DNA of 64,000 bases from Candidatus Bipolaricaulota bacterium (GTDB taxonomy: Bacteria > Bipolaricaulota > Bipolaricaulia > Bipolaricaulales > Bipolaricaulaceae), in NCBI GenBank assembly GCA_014360985.1, contig JACIWK010000003.1:1061-65060 (forward strand), read 5' to 3'. Each line of letters starts with the position of its first letter. Position 1 is the stretch's first letter. The translations under genes were made by a program, and so were the position numbers. Shown piece by piece: positions 1 through 13,595 of this stretch. Below the pieces are notes generated by a model. It searched no databases. It was not told the origin of the DNA and saw only the letters and a list, made by a program, of their open reading frames with translations.

Positions 1-317
1 TTCTCGGGCCACAACCCCTCGATATCGTAGAAGGCGCGAACCTCGTCCTGAAAGACATGCACGATGAAGTCGCCGTAGTCGAGGAGCGCCCACCTCCCTT
101 CCCGCACCCCCTCGATGTGGCGGGGGGCGAGGGGCATCTTCGCAAGGAGCTCGTTGCAGAGGGCCCTCACATGGACCGGGTTCTCCCCGCTGGCGATGAG
201 GAAGTACGAGGTGGGGATGGACGACCCTCCCACGTCGACCACGGTCAGGCGGGCCCCCTTCTTCGTGGCGATGAGGGCCGCGGCCCGGTCGAGGAGCTCC
301 CGCTCAGGGGTAGACAT
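1..317 (-). CDS. rsfS: Ribosome silencing factor RsfS/Iojap (3' end runs off the window)
   Basis: Manual translation of the minus strand from ATG 317: [21 protein letters not shown]...SYFLIASGENPVHVRAL...WALLDYGDFIVHVFQDEVRAFYDIEGLW, with the family's W-x-L-x-D-x-G-D-x-x-V-H-V-F and FYDxExLW motifs. Confidence 0.88.
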   Translation of the reverse strand, partial: MSTPERELLDRAAALIATKKGARLTVVDVGGSSIPTSYFLIASGENPVHVRALCNELLAKMPLAPRHIEGVREGRWALLDYGDFIVHVFQDEVRAFYDIEGLWPE

Positions 318-1446
318 CGAATCCTGCCCCCAGGATCAAGATCACGTCCACGTCCTCTGGCCACCCCCCCACTCGGGCGAGGTCGAACTCGCGATCGGTC
401 TGGACCTGGACCCCGGCCTGGACGCTCGCGGGGAGGACGTCGAGGAGGGCGCGGCCCTTGGCCCGGTCCTCCTCCCGCACCACGAGGTGGGTGCGAGGGT
501 AGTTGGACCGATCGGCATCCGCCGTGCCCACCACCTGGAACCCGCGGTCAGCGAGCCACCCCCCGGTCCTCGCGGCGAGGAGCTTCATCCCAGTGCCATT
601 GAGGATAAGCACGCGGATCTCGTCCCGGGTAAGGAAGGATGGCCCGCCCCCGATGGACTGGACGAGTCGACGGAGGCGAACGAGGTCGGGGGCGCGGTCT
701 CCTCCCCCATCAGGTCGGGGCACGGTGGGGACGATGGTGAACGTGACTCGGTCCGGGGAGAGATCTCCGAGGGCCCGCGCCAGGTCGAGGGCCTCCCCCA
801 GGGAGAGGTTCGTCTGCACTGCGCTCCAAATCCTCTCGACCGTCGCACGGCCGAGAGGAGCGGCCCGCAACCGGTTCAGGGAGGCGCGCAGGAGGTCGTG
901 GTGGCGCGTGAGCTGCCCCTCCTCGCCGCCGTCCTCGTAGCGCACGAAGTCCAGGGCGGTCGCCCCGTCGAACGTATGCTGGCCGGGGGGGATGTCGATG
1001 AACAGGTTTCGGGAACGGTCTTGGTACACGAGGCGGGCTTCCACGGAGAGCTCCACACCCCCGATCGCGTCAACCACCTCGCGGAATCCAGCGGCATCCA
1101 CGACCACCCAATACGGCAGGGCAATCTCGAACAGCAAGTTCAGGCGGTGGGCCAGCCCGGCGACCCCTTCGGAGGAGTACAGGGCGTGGAGCGGCTTCCA
1201 CCCGCTGGCCGTGGGCCACACGAGGTTGCGGGGGATGCTGATCCAGGTTGCCTTGCCCCCCGGCTGAAGGAAGGCCAGGGATACGGCCTCGGCCTCCATG
1301 CCCCCCTCGTCCACGCGGACGACGAGGATGGAGATGGGGGTCCCTTGGCGGAGCGTCCGCGCGACCTCGGTCTGGGAAAGCAGGATGAACAAGGTCACGG
1401 CCACGCCGGTCAGGATCAACCCCACGCCAACCGCTGCCCGTCGCAT
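304..1446 (-). CDS. LCP (LytR-CpsA-Psr) family protein with C-terminal LytR_C domain
   Basis: N-terminal TM helix, [14 protein letters not shown] and ALDFVRY LCP motifs, VLILNGTG LytR_C motif; start placed at MRRAAVG (TACTCT -10 box 9 nt upstream). Confidence 0.85.
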   Translation of the reverse strand: MRRAAVGVGLILTGVAVTLFILLSQTEVARTLRQGTPISILVVRVDEGGMEAEAVSLAFLQPGGKATWISIPRNLVWPTASGWKPLHALYSSEGVAGLAHRLNLLFEIALPYWVVVDAAGFREVVDAIGGVELSVEARLVYQDRSRNLFIDIPPGQHTFDGATALDFVRYEDGGEEGQLTRHHDLLRASLNRLRAAPLGRATVERIWSAVQTNLSLGEALDLARALGDLSPDRVTFTIVPTVPRPDGGGDRAPDLVRLRRLVQSIGGGPSFLTRDEIRVLILNGTGMKLLAARTGGWLADRGFQVVGTADADRSNYPRTHLVVREEDRAKGRALLDVLPASVQAGVQVQTDREFDLARVGGWPEDVDVILILGAGFDVYP

Positions 1447-1529
1447 CGCAGGTAGAGAGTAGCCAGAGGGAGGGAGTGCCGTCAAACGGGCGGTTGACAG
1501 CGGCCGGCTGCCGGGTACGCTCGCTGGCG

Positions 1530-2048
1530 ATGGTCCGGCATGATCCATACGTGGCTTTGGCTCGCTCGGCGATCGCGGCGTACGTGAACGAGGGTCGGCG
1601 CATCTCCCCCCCGCCCGATCTGCCCCCGGAGCTCACTTCCCTCCGCGGAGGGGTGTTTGTGTCCATCAAGAAGGGGGGGGCGCTGCGGGGGTGCATCGGT
1701 ACCTGCGAGCCGAGCGAGGAGAACCTCGCTGCGGAGGTCATTGCCAACGCGATCCGTGCTGCCACCCAGGACCCGCGGTTCCCCCCGGTGCGAACCGAGG
1801 AGCTGCCGCAGCTCGACGTATCGGTGGATGTCCTTTCTCCCATCGAACCGTGCACCGCGGCGGATCTCGACCCACGGCGGTACGGGGTGATCGTGGAAAG
1901 CGGGTGGCGACGGGGGCTCCTCCTCCCCGACCTCCCCACGGTGGACACGGTCGAGGAGCAGCTCCGGATCGCGAGGATGAAGGCCGGCCTCTCTCCGGAC
2001 GAGCCGTGCCGGCTGTGGCGGTTCACGGTGGAGAGGCACACCGCATGA
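1530..2048 (+). CDS. AmmeMemoRadiSam system protein A (AMMECR1 domain)
   Basis: [43 protein letters not shown] motifs. Confidence 0.9.
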   Translation: MVRHDPYVALARSAIAAYVNEGRRISPPPDLPPELTSLRGGVFVSIKKGGALRGCIGTCEPSEENLAAEVIANAIRAATQDPRFPPVRTEELPQLDVSVDVLSPIEPCTAADLDPRRYGVIVESGWRRGLLLPDLPTVDTVEEQLRIARMKAGLSPDEPCRLWRFTVERHTA

Positions 2049-3316
2049 GCGTGACCGTTCACACGCTGGGGTGCCGGGTCAACCAGTACGAGTCTCAGCT
2101 CCTCGCGGAGAAGCTGCAGGCGGTGTCGGACCAAGCCCTGGTCCACGTGGTGAACACCTGCACCGTGACCGCCCTCGCCGACCGCAAGTCGCGTCAGCTC
2201 GTGTCTCGCCTTCGGCGTGAGCACCCGACGGCGCTCATCGTGGCCGTGGGGTGCGGGGTTCGGGGGGGTGAAGAGAGGTTGCGGGCGGCGGGGGCGGATC
2301 TCCTCGTGGAGAACAGGGACAAGATGCGCCTCGTCGAGGTGATCGAACTCTTCCTCCAGGGGAGGACGGGGGAGGGGAACGGGGGGTGGGCAACCCTCGA
2401 TGAGGAGCGCCTCTCCGGGGCCGAACCCCGCGTGCGGGCCGTGCTCAAGGTTCAGGACGGGTGTACCGTCGGGTGCACGTTCTGCCGAACATGGCAGGTG
2501 CGGGGGCCGCTGCGGAGCAAGACTCCCCAGGCGGCGCGGGCCGAAGCAGAATCCCTCGCGCGGGCCGGCCACCGCGAGATCGTCCTCGCGGGGGTCAACC
2601 TCGCTCAGTACGGGGAGGACCTCCCTTCGCGGCCGAGTCTCATCGACCTCCTCGAGGCCCTGCTTGAAGTAGGGGGGGTTCGATATCGTCTCTCCTCCCT
2701 CAGCCCGGATGGGCTCACCGACGGGCTCATCGCTCTGTTCGCTTGGGAGCGGCGCCTCTGCCCCTACCTCCACCTCCCCCTCCAGTCGGGGGACGATGCG
2801 ATCCTGGAGAGGATGGGACGGCCCTACACCGTGGCCGAGTGCCTCGATCGGGCACGCGCGTTCCGCTCTGCGGTCCCCGGAGCGACCCTCGGCGCGGACG
2901 TGATGGTGGGGTTTCCGGGGGAAGACGAAGCGGCGTTCGCGCGCACCGTGGACGCGCTCGCCGCCCTCGATCCCCTCAACGTCCACGTGTTCCGATTCTC
3001 CCCCCGGCCTGGTACGGCCGCGGCGCGGATGACACCGCGCGTCCCTCCACGGGAGGCCGCCCGGCGCGCGGCTCGGCTCGCGGCTCTCGCCGACGGCTGG
3101 TCGGAAGCTGCCCAGGAACGGTTCCTGGGGGCCGAGGTCGGGGTGGCGGTGGAGGAGAAGCAGGGCCACTTGGCATGGGGACGGAGCGAGAACTACCTCT
3201 GGGTGGAGGTGCGGGGACGGGGGGCCACACGGGGTACAATCGTCCCAGCCCGCCTCGTGGAACGCGCGGATGGGCGTCTCGTGGGGGTGATGGTGGATCG
3301 CACGGAGAACGGCTGA
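2045..3316 (+). CDS. mtaB: tRNA methylthiotransferase MtaB (radical SAM, MiaB-like)
   Basis: [12 protein letters not shown]-terminus, VNTCTVT, QDGCxxxCxxC radical SAM motif, [17 protein letters not shown]. Confidence 0.85.
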   Translation: MSVTVHTLGCRVNQYESQLLAEKLQAVSDQALVHVVNTCTVTALADRKSRQLVSRLRREHPTALIVAVGCGVRGGEERLRAAGADLLVENRDKMRLVEVIELFLQGRTGEGNGGWATLDEERLSGAEPRVRAVLKVQDGCTVGCTFCRTWQVRGPLRSKTPQAARAEAESLARAGHREIVLAGVNLAQYGEDLPSRPSLIDLLEALLEVGGVRYRLSSLSPDGLTDGLIALFAWERRLCPYLHLPLQSGDDAILERMGRPYTVAECLDRARAFRSAVPGATLGADVMVGFPGEDEAAFARTVDALAALDPLNVHVFRFSPRPGTAAARMTPRVPPREAARRAARLAALADGWSEAAQERFLGAEVGVAVEEKQGHLAWGRSENYLWVEVRGRGATRGTIVPARLVERADGRLVGVMVDRTENG

Positions 3317-3338
3317 GATCGAGCTGGGGAGCCACGAC

Positions 3339-7173
<3,835 letters not shown>

Positions 7174-7224
7174 GGTTCGTCCCGGGCGGAGTGTACCGGG
7201 GACCGCGCGGCCGCGTCCAGGGTC

Positions 7225-7252
7225 TTGCCTTTCTCCTCTCCCCGGCTATACT
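7225..7252 (+). promoter_or_regulatory. Putative sigma70 promoter of the cold-shock gene (about 110-nt 5' UTR follows)
   Basis: TTGCCT-16 nt-TATACT; long leaders are typical of csp genes. Confidence 0.6.
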
Positions 7253-7370
7253 CAGTCTTGCAGGACCGTGCGAAATGCAGCACCGCCGTGGCTGCTCGGG
7301 GTTTCCCCAGCGCAGCGAAGAGGGGCTCATGTAGACGGTCGAAATGCAAGGAAAAAGGGGGGAAAACCGA

Positions 7371-7571
7371 ATGGCCACTGGCAAGGTGAAGTGGTTCGAC
7401 GACTCGAAAGGGTACGGCTTCATCGAGCAGGATGGGGGCCCGGATGTGTTCGTCCATTTCTCGGCGATCAGCATGCCCGGGTTCAAGAGCCTGCGCGAGG
7501 GACAAGTCGTGGAGTTCGACGTAGAACAGGGCCCGAAGGGCCCGCAGGCGAAGAACGTCACGCCGCGGTAG
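7371..7571 (+). CDS. csp: Cold-shock protein
   Basis: [18 protein letters not shown]...DVFVHFSAI (RNP1/RNP2), 66 aa. Confidence 0.96.
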   Translation: MATGKVKWFDDSKGYGFIEQDGGPDVFVHFSAISMPGFKSLREGQVVEFDVEQGPKGPQAKNVTPR

Positions 7572-7591
7572 CGATCGCGGTCTTTGGAGTG

Positions 7592-7619
7592 GGAAGGCCC
7601 TGGACGACCAGGGCCTTCC
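7592..7619. terminator. Perfect 12-bp hairpin between convergent csp and epsilon-like genes
   Basis: GGAAGGCCCTGG-ACGA-CCAGGGCCTTCC; no strong U-tract. Confidence 0.65.
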
Positions 7620-7631
7620 TGTCTGTTGGGG

Positions 7632-7898
7632 TCAGCGCGGAGGGCCCTCGGAGGTGGGCGAAGCATCCGCGGTGAGGATGATCACCCGTTCTGGCTCGAC
7701 GTACAGGGTCCCTCCCGCAACGCGGAAGGAACGGGTGCCCTCGGACGTCGTCACCCGCAGCGGGGCAGGGGCGAGGGCGAACACAGCGGGGGCATGGCCG
7801 GGGAGGATCCCAAACCACCCCTCGTGGCTTCGGGCGTAGACCGCGGTCGCCTCTCCCGAGAACACAACGCGCTCGCAGGACAGGATTCGGCACTCCAC
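7632..7898 (-). CDS. F-type ATP synthase epsilon-like protein (N-terminal beta-sandwich only), orphan
   Basis: ILSCERVVFSGEA..V......G.FGILPGHAP...L...GG.L.V matches the AtpC N-terminal pattern; 88 aa. Confidence 0.75.
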   Translation of the reverse strand: MECRILSCERVVFSGEATAVYARSHEGWFGILPGHAPAVFALAPAPLRVTTSEGTRSFRVAGGTLYVEPERVIILTADASPTSEGPPR

Positions 7899-7930
7899 GA
7901 GAGGACTATAGCCCGCTGGGGGGCGCGGCG

Positions 7931-8620
7931 CTACCGGGCGAGCTGGGCCTCACGGAACGTGTGGAGAAGGGCGATCCCTTGGGCGAGGTCCTCCCTCGTG
8001 AGTCGGAGCCGGGGGAGGGCCGCCACGGGCAGCCGGGCCAGGGCGTCGAGGGACCGCCACAGGTGGGGCGGGATCTCTTCCCCTCTCCCTCCGCAGCGGC
8101 CACAGAGGAGCCCTCCCTCCCCAGGAGCCCACGTCAGATCCTCCGTCCCCCCGCAGCGGACGCAGCCGGAGAGGTGGGGAGCCAGGCCTGCCGCGGCGAG
8201 GAGCCGCAGGGTGAAGGCCACGGTGAACATGTCGGGCGCCAACCCCTCGTCGAGAGCGGTGAGGAACTCCAGGGTCAGGGCGTAGGGACGGTCGTCGGGC
8301 GCGCCGCGGGGGACGAGGGCCACCACCCAGTCCAGTGCGGTGAGGGCAGTCGTCGCCCGCTCGAGGTCCCCGCGGACGCGGGGGAAGGTCCGGACGAAGC
8401 TCGCCTCCTTGAGGAGGTGCAGCCCGCGGCGCCGGTAGTGGATCACGTCCACCACGTGCAGAGGGTCCAGCACGGCCCCGGTTGAGCGCTCCAAGCGGCG
8501 GGCACCCTTCGCGAGCACATCCAATCGGCCGCGCGGGGTCAGGAGGACTGCGATCCGGTCCGTCTCCGCGTGGTCCTGGGTCCGGAGGACGATCCCCCGA
8601 TCGCGTGCGAGCTCGGCCAC
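7931..8620 (-). CDS. recO: DNA repair protein RecO
   Basis: GIVLRT.D..ETDRI..LLT..GRLD.LAKGARR, C-terminal CxxC...CxxC. Confidence 0.9.
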   Translation of the reverse strand: MAELARDRGIVLRTQDHAETDRIAVLLTPRGRLDVLAKGARRLERSTGAVLDPLHVVDVIHYRRRGLHLLKEASFVRTFPRVRGDLERATTALTALDWVVALVPRGAPDDRPYALTLEFLTALDEGLAPDMFTVAFTLRLLAAAGLAPHLSGCVRCGGTEDLTWAPGEGGLLCGRCGGRGEEIPPHLWRSLDALARLPVAALPRLRLTREDLAQGIALLHTFREAQLAR

Positions 8621-8623
8621 GGT

Positions 8624-9286
8624 CTAGTCAGGGGCGCCGGCGATGATCTGGACGCTCTTCGAGGCGCCGATGCGGCTGGCGCCGGCCTCGATCATGCGCA
8701 GCGCCGTCGTGTAGTCACGGATCCCGCCCGCGGCCTTGACCCCCAGCGCTTGCCCCACCGTGCGGCGGAGGAGGGCCACGTCCTCAGCCGTCGCCCCGCC
8801 GGTGCTGAACCCGGTCGAGGTCTTGACGAAGTCCGCCCCCGCCTCCTGGGCAAGCCGCGCCCCGGCCACTTTCTCCGCGTCGGAGAGGAGGGAGCACTCG
8901 AGGATGACCTTGAGGACAATCGGCCTGGGTGCCGCCTCCCGCACCGCGCGGAGGTCGGCGAGGACGCGCGCCCGGTCTCCCTCCTTGAGCGCGGCGACGT
9001 CCACCACCATGTCCACCTCGTCGGCACCGTCATCCACGGCCCGCGCCGCCTCGAACGCCTTCACATCAGGCCGGTGCTGGCCGTGGGGGAACCCGACCAC
9101 CGTGCACACGCGGACCTCGGTGTTCTGGAGAAGCGACTTGGCCAGCGCGACGTATCCGGGTGGGATGCACACCGCGTAGAACCCGTGCTCGATCGCCTCC
9201 GCGCACACCTTCTCCACCGCGGCGCGGCCCGTCTCCGGCCCAAGGGCGGTATGGTCGATCCGCTTCGCTAGCTTCGCTTTCGTCAT
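8624..9286 (-). CDS. deoC: Deoxyribose-phosphate aldolase
   Basis: IDHTAL, CTVVGFPHG, ADEVDMV, LKVILE, FVKTSTGF, KAAGGIR, RIGAS. Confidence 0.96.
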   Translation of the reverse strand: MTKAKLAKRIDHTALGPETGRAAVEKVCAEAIEHGFYAVCIPPGYVALAKSLLQNTEVRVCTVVGFPHGQHRPDVKAFEAARAVDDGADEVDMVVDVAALKEGDRARVLADLRAVREAAPRPIVLKVILECSLLSDAEKVAGARLAQEAGADFVKTSTGFSTGGATAEDVALLRRTVGQALGVKAAGGIRDYTTALRMIEAGASRIGASKSVQIIAGAPD

Positions 9287-9296
9287 TCCATCCTCC

Positions 9297-10406
9297 TTAG
9301 GGGTGCCACGCCCACGCCCGCACCGTGAACCGCTGCAGTCGCGCGGTGTCCACCTCCACCCCCAGGCCCGGCCGCTGAGGGACGCGGATGTGCCCTTCTT
9401 CCAGCCGGAACAGGGGCGTCGCGATGTCCTCCCGGTAGTAGCGGTCCGTGGCCGAGATGTCGTGGGGGAGCGTGAACCCGGGGAGGGAGGCCACGGCGAC
9501 GTTGAGGGCCCGCCCGATCCCGGTCTCGAGCATCCCCCCGCACCACAGGGGCACCTCCCGCTCCCGGGCCAGCGCGTGCACCTCGAGGGCCGCGGACAGG
9601 CCGCCCAGCCGGCCCTGCTTCACGTTGAGGATCCGGCACGCCGAAAGCTCCAGCGCCTCCCACGCCCGGTGGGGGGAGGAGATCGACTCGTCGAGGCAGA
9701 GCGGCGTCTCCAGGGCCTGAGCGAGCCGGGCGTGGCCGACGAGGTCGTCGTAGGTGAGAGGCTGCTCGACCATGAGGAGCCGAAAGCGGTCGAACTCCCG
9801 CAGGTGCGCCCGATCGGCGAGCGCGTACGCGGCGTTCGCGTCCACGGAGAGGGGGAGGTCGGGGAACCGCTCCCGCACCGCGGCGAGGGGCCCAAGGTCC
9901 CACCCCGGCTTGACCTTGAGCTTCACGCGCTTGTACCCCTCCGCCACGTACCCCGCGACGCGGGAGACGAGCGTTTCCACGTCGGGCTGGATCCCCACGC
10001 TCACCCCGGCCGGGACGCGGTCCCGGGTTCCGCCGAGGAGCGCGGCGAGGGGCTTCCCCTCCGCCTGGGCGTGGAGGTCCCACAGCGCGGCCTCCACCGC
10101 CGCCTTCGCCATCGGGTGCCCGCGGATCGGGGCGACGATCGAGGGGAACTCCCGGGGTTGCTCGATCTCCCGCCCGTGGAGGAGGGGGAGGACGAAGTCG
10201 AGGATCATATGGCGGGCCGTTTCCGTCGTCTCCGCGGAGAACCAGGGGCCCGAGCCCGCCACGCACTCCCCCCACCCCGTGCGCCCCCCAGACGTGAGGG
10301 CGACGAGGAGCGCCCGGCGGACCCGCTCCTCGCCGAAACTCGTCACGAACGGGGCGACGAGGGGCAGCTCCACAAGGTAGAGGGTCGCGCGTTCGACTCG
10401 GATCAC
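9297..10406 (-). CDS. menC: o-succinylbenzoate synthase / N-succinylamino acid racemase (enolase superfamily)
   Basis: PFVTSFG, VPAGVSVG, KRVKLKVKPG (KxK), SVDANAAY, EQP, CLDESI, NVKQGRLGG, WCGGMLETG; GTG start overlaps the upstream stop (GTGA). Confidence 0.88.
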   Translation of the reverse strand: MIRVERATLYLVELPLVAPFVTSFGEERVRRALLVALTSGGRTGWGECVAGSGPWFSAETTETARHMILDFVLPLLHGREIEQPREFPSIVAPIRGHPMAKAAVEAALWDLHAQAEGKPLAALLGGTRDRVPAGVSVGIQPDVETLVSRVAGYVAEGYKRVKLKVKPGWDLGPLAAVRERFPDLPLSVDANAAYALADRAHLREFDRFRLLMVEQPLTYDDLVGHARLAQALETPLCLDESISSPHRAWEALELSACRILNVKQGRLGGLSAALEVHALAREREVPLWCGGMLETGIGRALNVAVASLPGFTLPHDISATDRYYREDIATPLFRLEEGHIRVPQRPGLGVEVDTARLQRFTVRAWAWHP

Positions 10407-11269
10407 GGCCGCTCCAGGATCCTCGGGAGCGTTGTGCGCTCCAGAACGAGGAAGCTCCGGTCCCCCTGGCGGAAGAGGGAGGTCACGAGGTACCCCTCGT
10501 CGAGGTAGGTACCCAGCGCCCGCCGCGCCTCGAGCCGCCAAGTTCGGGCGAGGTCGAGGTCCTCCTTGCGCATCGCCTGGAGGTCGGACGGGATCTCGAA
10601 GAGGAGGTTCGGGGCCCGCAGGCCAGGCCGGAACCCGGCCGGGGCGCGGAGCCCCGAAGAGATGCGCTGGGTGCGGTTGATTGTCTCCACGTCCCCGAGA
10701 GCGAGGGCCGGCGGCTTGCCGCCCGCGAGGTAGCTTTTCACGCGCGGGGCCTCGAGGTGCCATTGACAGAGGAAGCGGTCCGTGTCGATCCCCCGGTTGC
10801 GGGCGTCGCGCAGCTCCCCGAAGTAGTTGGGGAGATAGTGGGCGACGACCCCCCCCAGCTTGTTGAGGTTGAAGTAGGCGTTCCGCGACTCCAGCGGATC
10901 GAAGGTCCACGTGATGATCCCGATCCCCTGGCGCAGCACGCGCTCCCGCTGGGCGAGCTTGAGCCTGTAGCCCACCCCGCGGTCCTGCCAATCTGGCCGC
11001 ACCGCGGCCATGAGCGAGTGGTGGCGGAGCGTTTGGCCGTCGAGGAGGCCGACCACGGACAGGGTGAACCCGATCATCTCCCGCCCCGGGCCGATCCCAT
11101 CGAACGCGCCGAGAAGGAGCCCGCCCGCGTCGGTCACCATGTGGATGAGGTGGTCGGGGATCACCGCGAGGTCGGCGAACCCCCACACCTCCTGCTGGAG
11201 CCGCTCGCAGGCGCGGTACCCCGCCCCGTCGCGGACCGGTTCGATCACTAGATCATCGCGCAGCTCCAT
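10403..11269 (-). CDS. GNAT N-acyltransferase (putative D-amino acid N-succinyltransferase partner of NSAR)
   Basis: HSLMAAVRPDWQDRGVGYRLKLAQRE, ITWTFDPL..RNAYFN..KLG, DTDRF; coupled to the OSBS/NSAR gene. Confidence 0.82.
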   Translation of the reverse strand: MELRDDLVIEPVRDGAGYRACERLQQEVWGFADLAVIPDHLIHMVTDAGGLLLGAFDGIGPGREMIGFTLSVVGLLDGQTLRHHSLMAAVRPDWQDRGVGYRLKLAQRERVLRQGIGIITWTFDPLESRNAYFNLNKLGGVVAHYLPNYFGELRDARNRGIDTDRFLCQWHLEAPRVKSYLAGGKPPALALGDVETINRTQRISSGLRAPAGFRPGLRAPNLLFEIPSDLQAMRKEDLDLARTWRLEARRALGTYLDEGYLVTSLFRQGDRSFLVLERTTLPRILERP

Positions 11270-11295
11270 GCGGGGGAAGTATAGCCGCCCCTTCC

Positions 11296-11570
11296 CCGGT
11301 TTCGCTCGCCGCTCTCACACCTGGCTTTCGGGGCCCGCTCTGCCTGCGGCTACGCAAGCGTTGCGGTGGTATCGGGGCTTGTCCCCGACGGCCTTTGAAG
11401 CGCAAATGGATTGCCGGAGACGGACAGATCAAGCCCAGCGAGTCTCTCAGCGTACCTGTGGTGAGCAGCTCAGCCCACCGGGGTTTCGTCGCCCAGAGAA
11501 CGCTCGGGGCTAGACCCTCACCCTCCAGGGCAGCGGGCTTCTCGTCGCGTGTCCGCCCACGCGAGCCGGT
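11296..11570. other. Structured non-coding segment containing REP parts and a 110-bp AAGCCC...GGGCTT element; class unknown
   Basis: Several hairpins visible by eye (TCGGGG/CCCCGA, GGTGAGC/GCCCACC, TCGCGTG/CACGCGA); no credible ORF. Confidence 0.35.
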
Positions 11571-11645
11571 GGAGGACGGCATGGGACGGTCCGGAGCAGG
11601 CCGATACCGTGGCGCTCGGGGTGTTAGGGAACGGCGAGGTCGTGG

Positions 11646-11712
11646 ACCCTAAGAATGAAGGTCTGACCCCGTAGTTGACGTAGAGTTGACCCCGTAGTAG
11701 TTGACCCCGTAG
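11646..11712. repeat. Dispersed copy of the RAYT-flanking 25-bp repeat followed by tandem TGACCCCGTAG units
   Basis: ACCCTAAGAATGAAGGTCTGACCCC (11646-11670) is the exact reverse complement of 60417-60441 and 59216-59240. Confidence 0.9.
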
Positions 11713-11749
11713 TAACGTAATAACGGAACGTAGAGATCACTGGACCTCG

Positions 11750-13465
11750 CTACGCGCGGGCTTGAGCCCGGCCCTGGAGCTTCGCCCAGGTGTCGCGGAG
11801 GGTGGCGGTGCGGTTGAACACGGGCGCGCCGGGCCGAGTGTCGGGGTCCACGCAGAAGTACCCTTTCCGCTCGAACTGGAACCGCTCCCCGGGCTCGACC
11901 TGGGCCAGGGAGGGCTCGAGCTTGCACCCCGTGAGCACGACGAGGGAATTCGGGTTCACGTTCTTGATCCAGTCCTCTCCCTCGGGGACGTCGAGGGGAT
12001 TGGGCACGGTGAACAAGCGGTCGTAGAGGCGGACCTCGCCGTCCACGGCGTGAGCCGCCGACACCCAGTGCAGGGTCGCCTTGACCTTGCGGCCGTCGGG
12101 CGCATCGCCCCCCCGCGTCGCCGGGTCGTACGTGCAACGGACCTCGACCACCCTCCCCGACTCATCCTTCACCACGTCCACGCACTTCACGAAGTACGCG
12201 TACCGGAGCCGCACCTCGCGGCCCGGGGCGAGGCGGAAGAACCCTGGGGGAGGATCCTCCATGAAGTCCTCCCGCTCGATCCACAGCTCGCGCGAGAACG
12301 GGACCCGGCGCGTCCCGGCCGCGGGATCCTCGGGGTTGTTCATCGCCTCGAACTCCTCCACCTGTCCCGCGGGGTAGTTCGTGATCACGAGCTTCACGGG
12401 CTCCAGGACCGCCATCCGCCGCGGGGCTCGCCGGTTGAGGTCATCCCGCACGCAGTGCTCGAGGAGCTCGACCTCGCGCACGCTCTCCGATTTGGAGACC
12501 CCGATCCGGCGGACGAACTCTGCGATCGCCTCCGGGGTGTAGCCGCGGCGGCGGATCCCGGCGATCGTCGGCATCCGCGGGTCATCCCACCCCCGCACGT
12601 GCCCCTCCTGCACGAGCCGCAGGAGGAATCGCTTGCTGAGGACGGTGTAGGTTAGGTTGAGGCGTGCGAACTCGATCTGGCGGGGGTGGTGCACGCCGAG
12701 CTGGTCGAGGAACCAGTCGTAGAGCGGGCGGTGGTTCTCGAACTCCAGGGTGCAGATGGAGTGCGTAATCCCCTCGATTGAGTCCGATTGGCCATGTGCC
12801 CAGTCGTAGCTCGGATAGATGCACCACGCGTCCCCGGTGCGGTGGTGGCGCGCGCGGAGGATCCTGTACAGAACTGGGTCACGCATGTTGAGGTTGGGAT
12901 GGGCCATGTCGATCTTGGCGCGTAGGGTTCGCGATCCCTCGGGGAACTCCCCCGCCCGCATCCGGCGGAAGAGGTCGAGGTTCTCCTCCACGGATCGGTT
13001 GCGGTACGGGCTCTCGATCCCTGGTGGGGTGATGACACGGTCGCCGTCGCGGATCGGCTGCCCCCGCTGGCGGCTCAGCTCTTCCGGGGACAGGTCGCAC
13101 ACGTAGGCTAGACCCTTGCGGATGAGGTCCTCGGCCCACCGGTAGAGCTGCTCGAAGTAGTCGGAGGCGTAGAACTCGCGGTCCTCCCAGTCCGCGCCCA
13201 GCCAGCGCACGTCGCGTTTGATCGCCTCGACGTACTCCGCGCTCTCCCGTTCCGGGTTCGTGTCGTCGAAGCGGAGGTTGAACTTCCCCCCGAACTCCTG
13301 GGCGATCCCCCAGTTGAGGAGGATCGCCTGGGCGTGGCCGATGTGGAGGTAGGCGTTCGGCTCGGGGGGGAACCGGGTGTGAACGTGGTCGAACCTCCCC
13401 GTCTGGAGGTCGTCGCGGATGATCTCGCGGATGAAGTCCACCGGCTCGCTCACGTCGCTGGGCAT
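11750..13465 (-). CDS. glnS: Glutaminyl-tRNA synthetase
   Basis: [16 protein letters not shown] (HIGH), [39 protein letters not shown]. Confidence 0.97.
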   Translation of the reverse strand: MPSDVSEPVDFIREIIRDDLQTGRFDHVHTRFPPEPNAYLHIGHAQAILLNWGIAQEFGGKFNLRFDDTNPERESAEYVEAIKRDVRWLGADWEDREFYASDYFEQLYRWAEDLIRKGLAYVCDLSPEELSRQRGQPIRDGDRVITPPGIESPYRNRSVEENLDLFRRMRAGEFPEGSRTLRAKIDMAHPNLNMRDPVLYRILRARHHRTGDAWCIYPSYDWAHGQSDSIEGITHSICTLEFENHRPLYDWFLDQLGVHHPRQIEFARLNLTYTVLSKRFLLRLVQEGHVRGWDDPRMPTIAGIRRRGYTPEAIAEFVRRIGVSKSESVREVELLEHCVRDDLNRRAPRRMAVLEPVKLVITNYPAGQVEEFEAMNNPEDPAAGTRRVPFSRELWIEREDFMEDPPPGFFRLAPGREVRLRYAYFVKCVDVVKDESGRVVEVRCTYDPATRGGDAPDGRKVKATLHWVSAAHAVDGEVRLYDRLFTVPNPLDVPEGEDWIKNVNPNSLVVLTGCKLEPSLAQVEPGERFQFERKGYFCVDPDTRPGAPVFNRTATLRDTWAKLQGRAQARA

Positions 13466-13595
13466 GGAACCGATCTTACCTCACCCGCCGGAGGGACAAA
13501 CCCCAACGGCCGGAAAGGCTACGGCGGAACGACGGTCCGTTGTTCGTGGTTCCGTACGTTGTTCACCGAACCGGCGAACCGCCTTCCCAACCGGG

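Noticed and set aside
3291-3338. PhoH-like residues ([10 protein letters not shown]) upstream of the first canonical start, hinting at an ATC start or frameshift
   Set aside because: GTG at 3339 has a usable GGGAG Shine-Dalgarno; it cannot be resolved without orthologue alignment or proteomics.
11339-11432. Superficial resemblance to my recollection of the IS621 bridge RNA
   Set aside because: The matching part is a REP hairpin repeated elsewhere in the window, no IS110 recombinase is present, and the comparison rests on memory rather than an alignment.
11296-11570. RNase P RNA, tmRNA, SRP RNA, SAM-I or T-box riboswitch
   Set aside because: Diagnostic motifs are missing (GAGGAAAGTCC, tRNA-like ends with an ALAA tag, CAGG..GGAA..AGCAG). 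The minus strand has a SAM-I P2-like GAGGG..GCCC..GACGAAACC stretch but no P1 or GCAACC, and the downstream gene has its own promoter.
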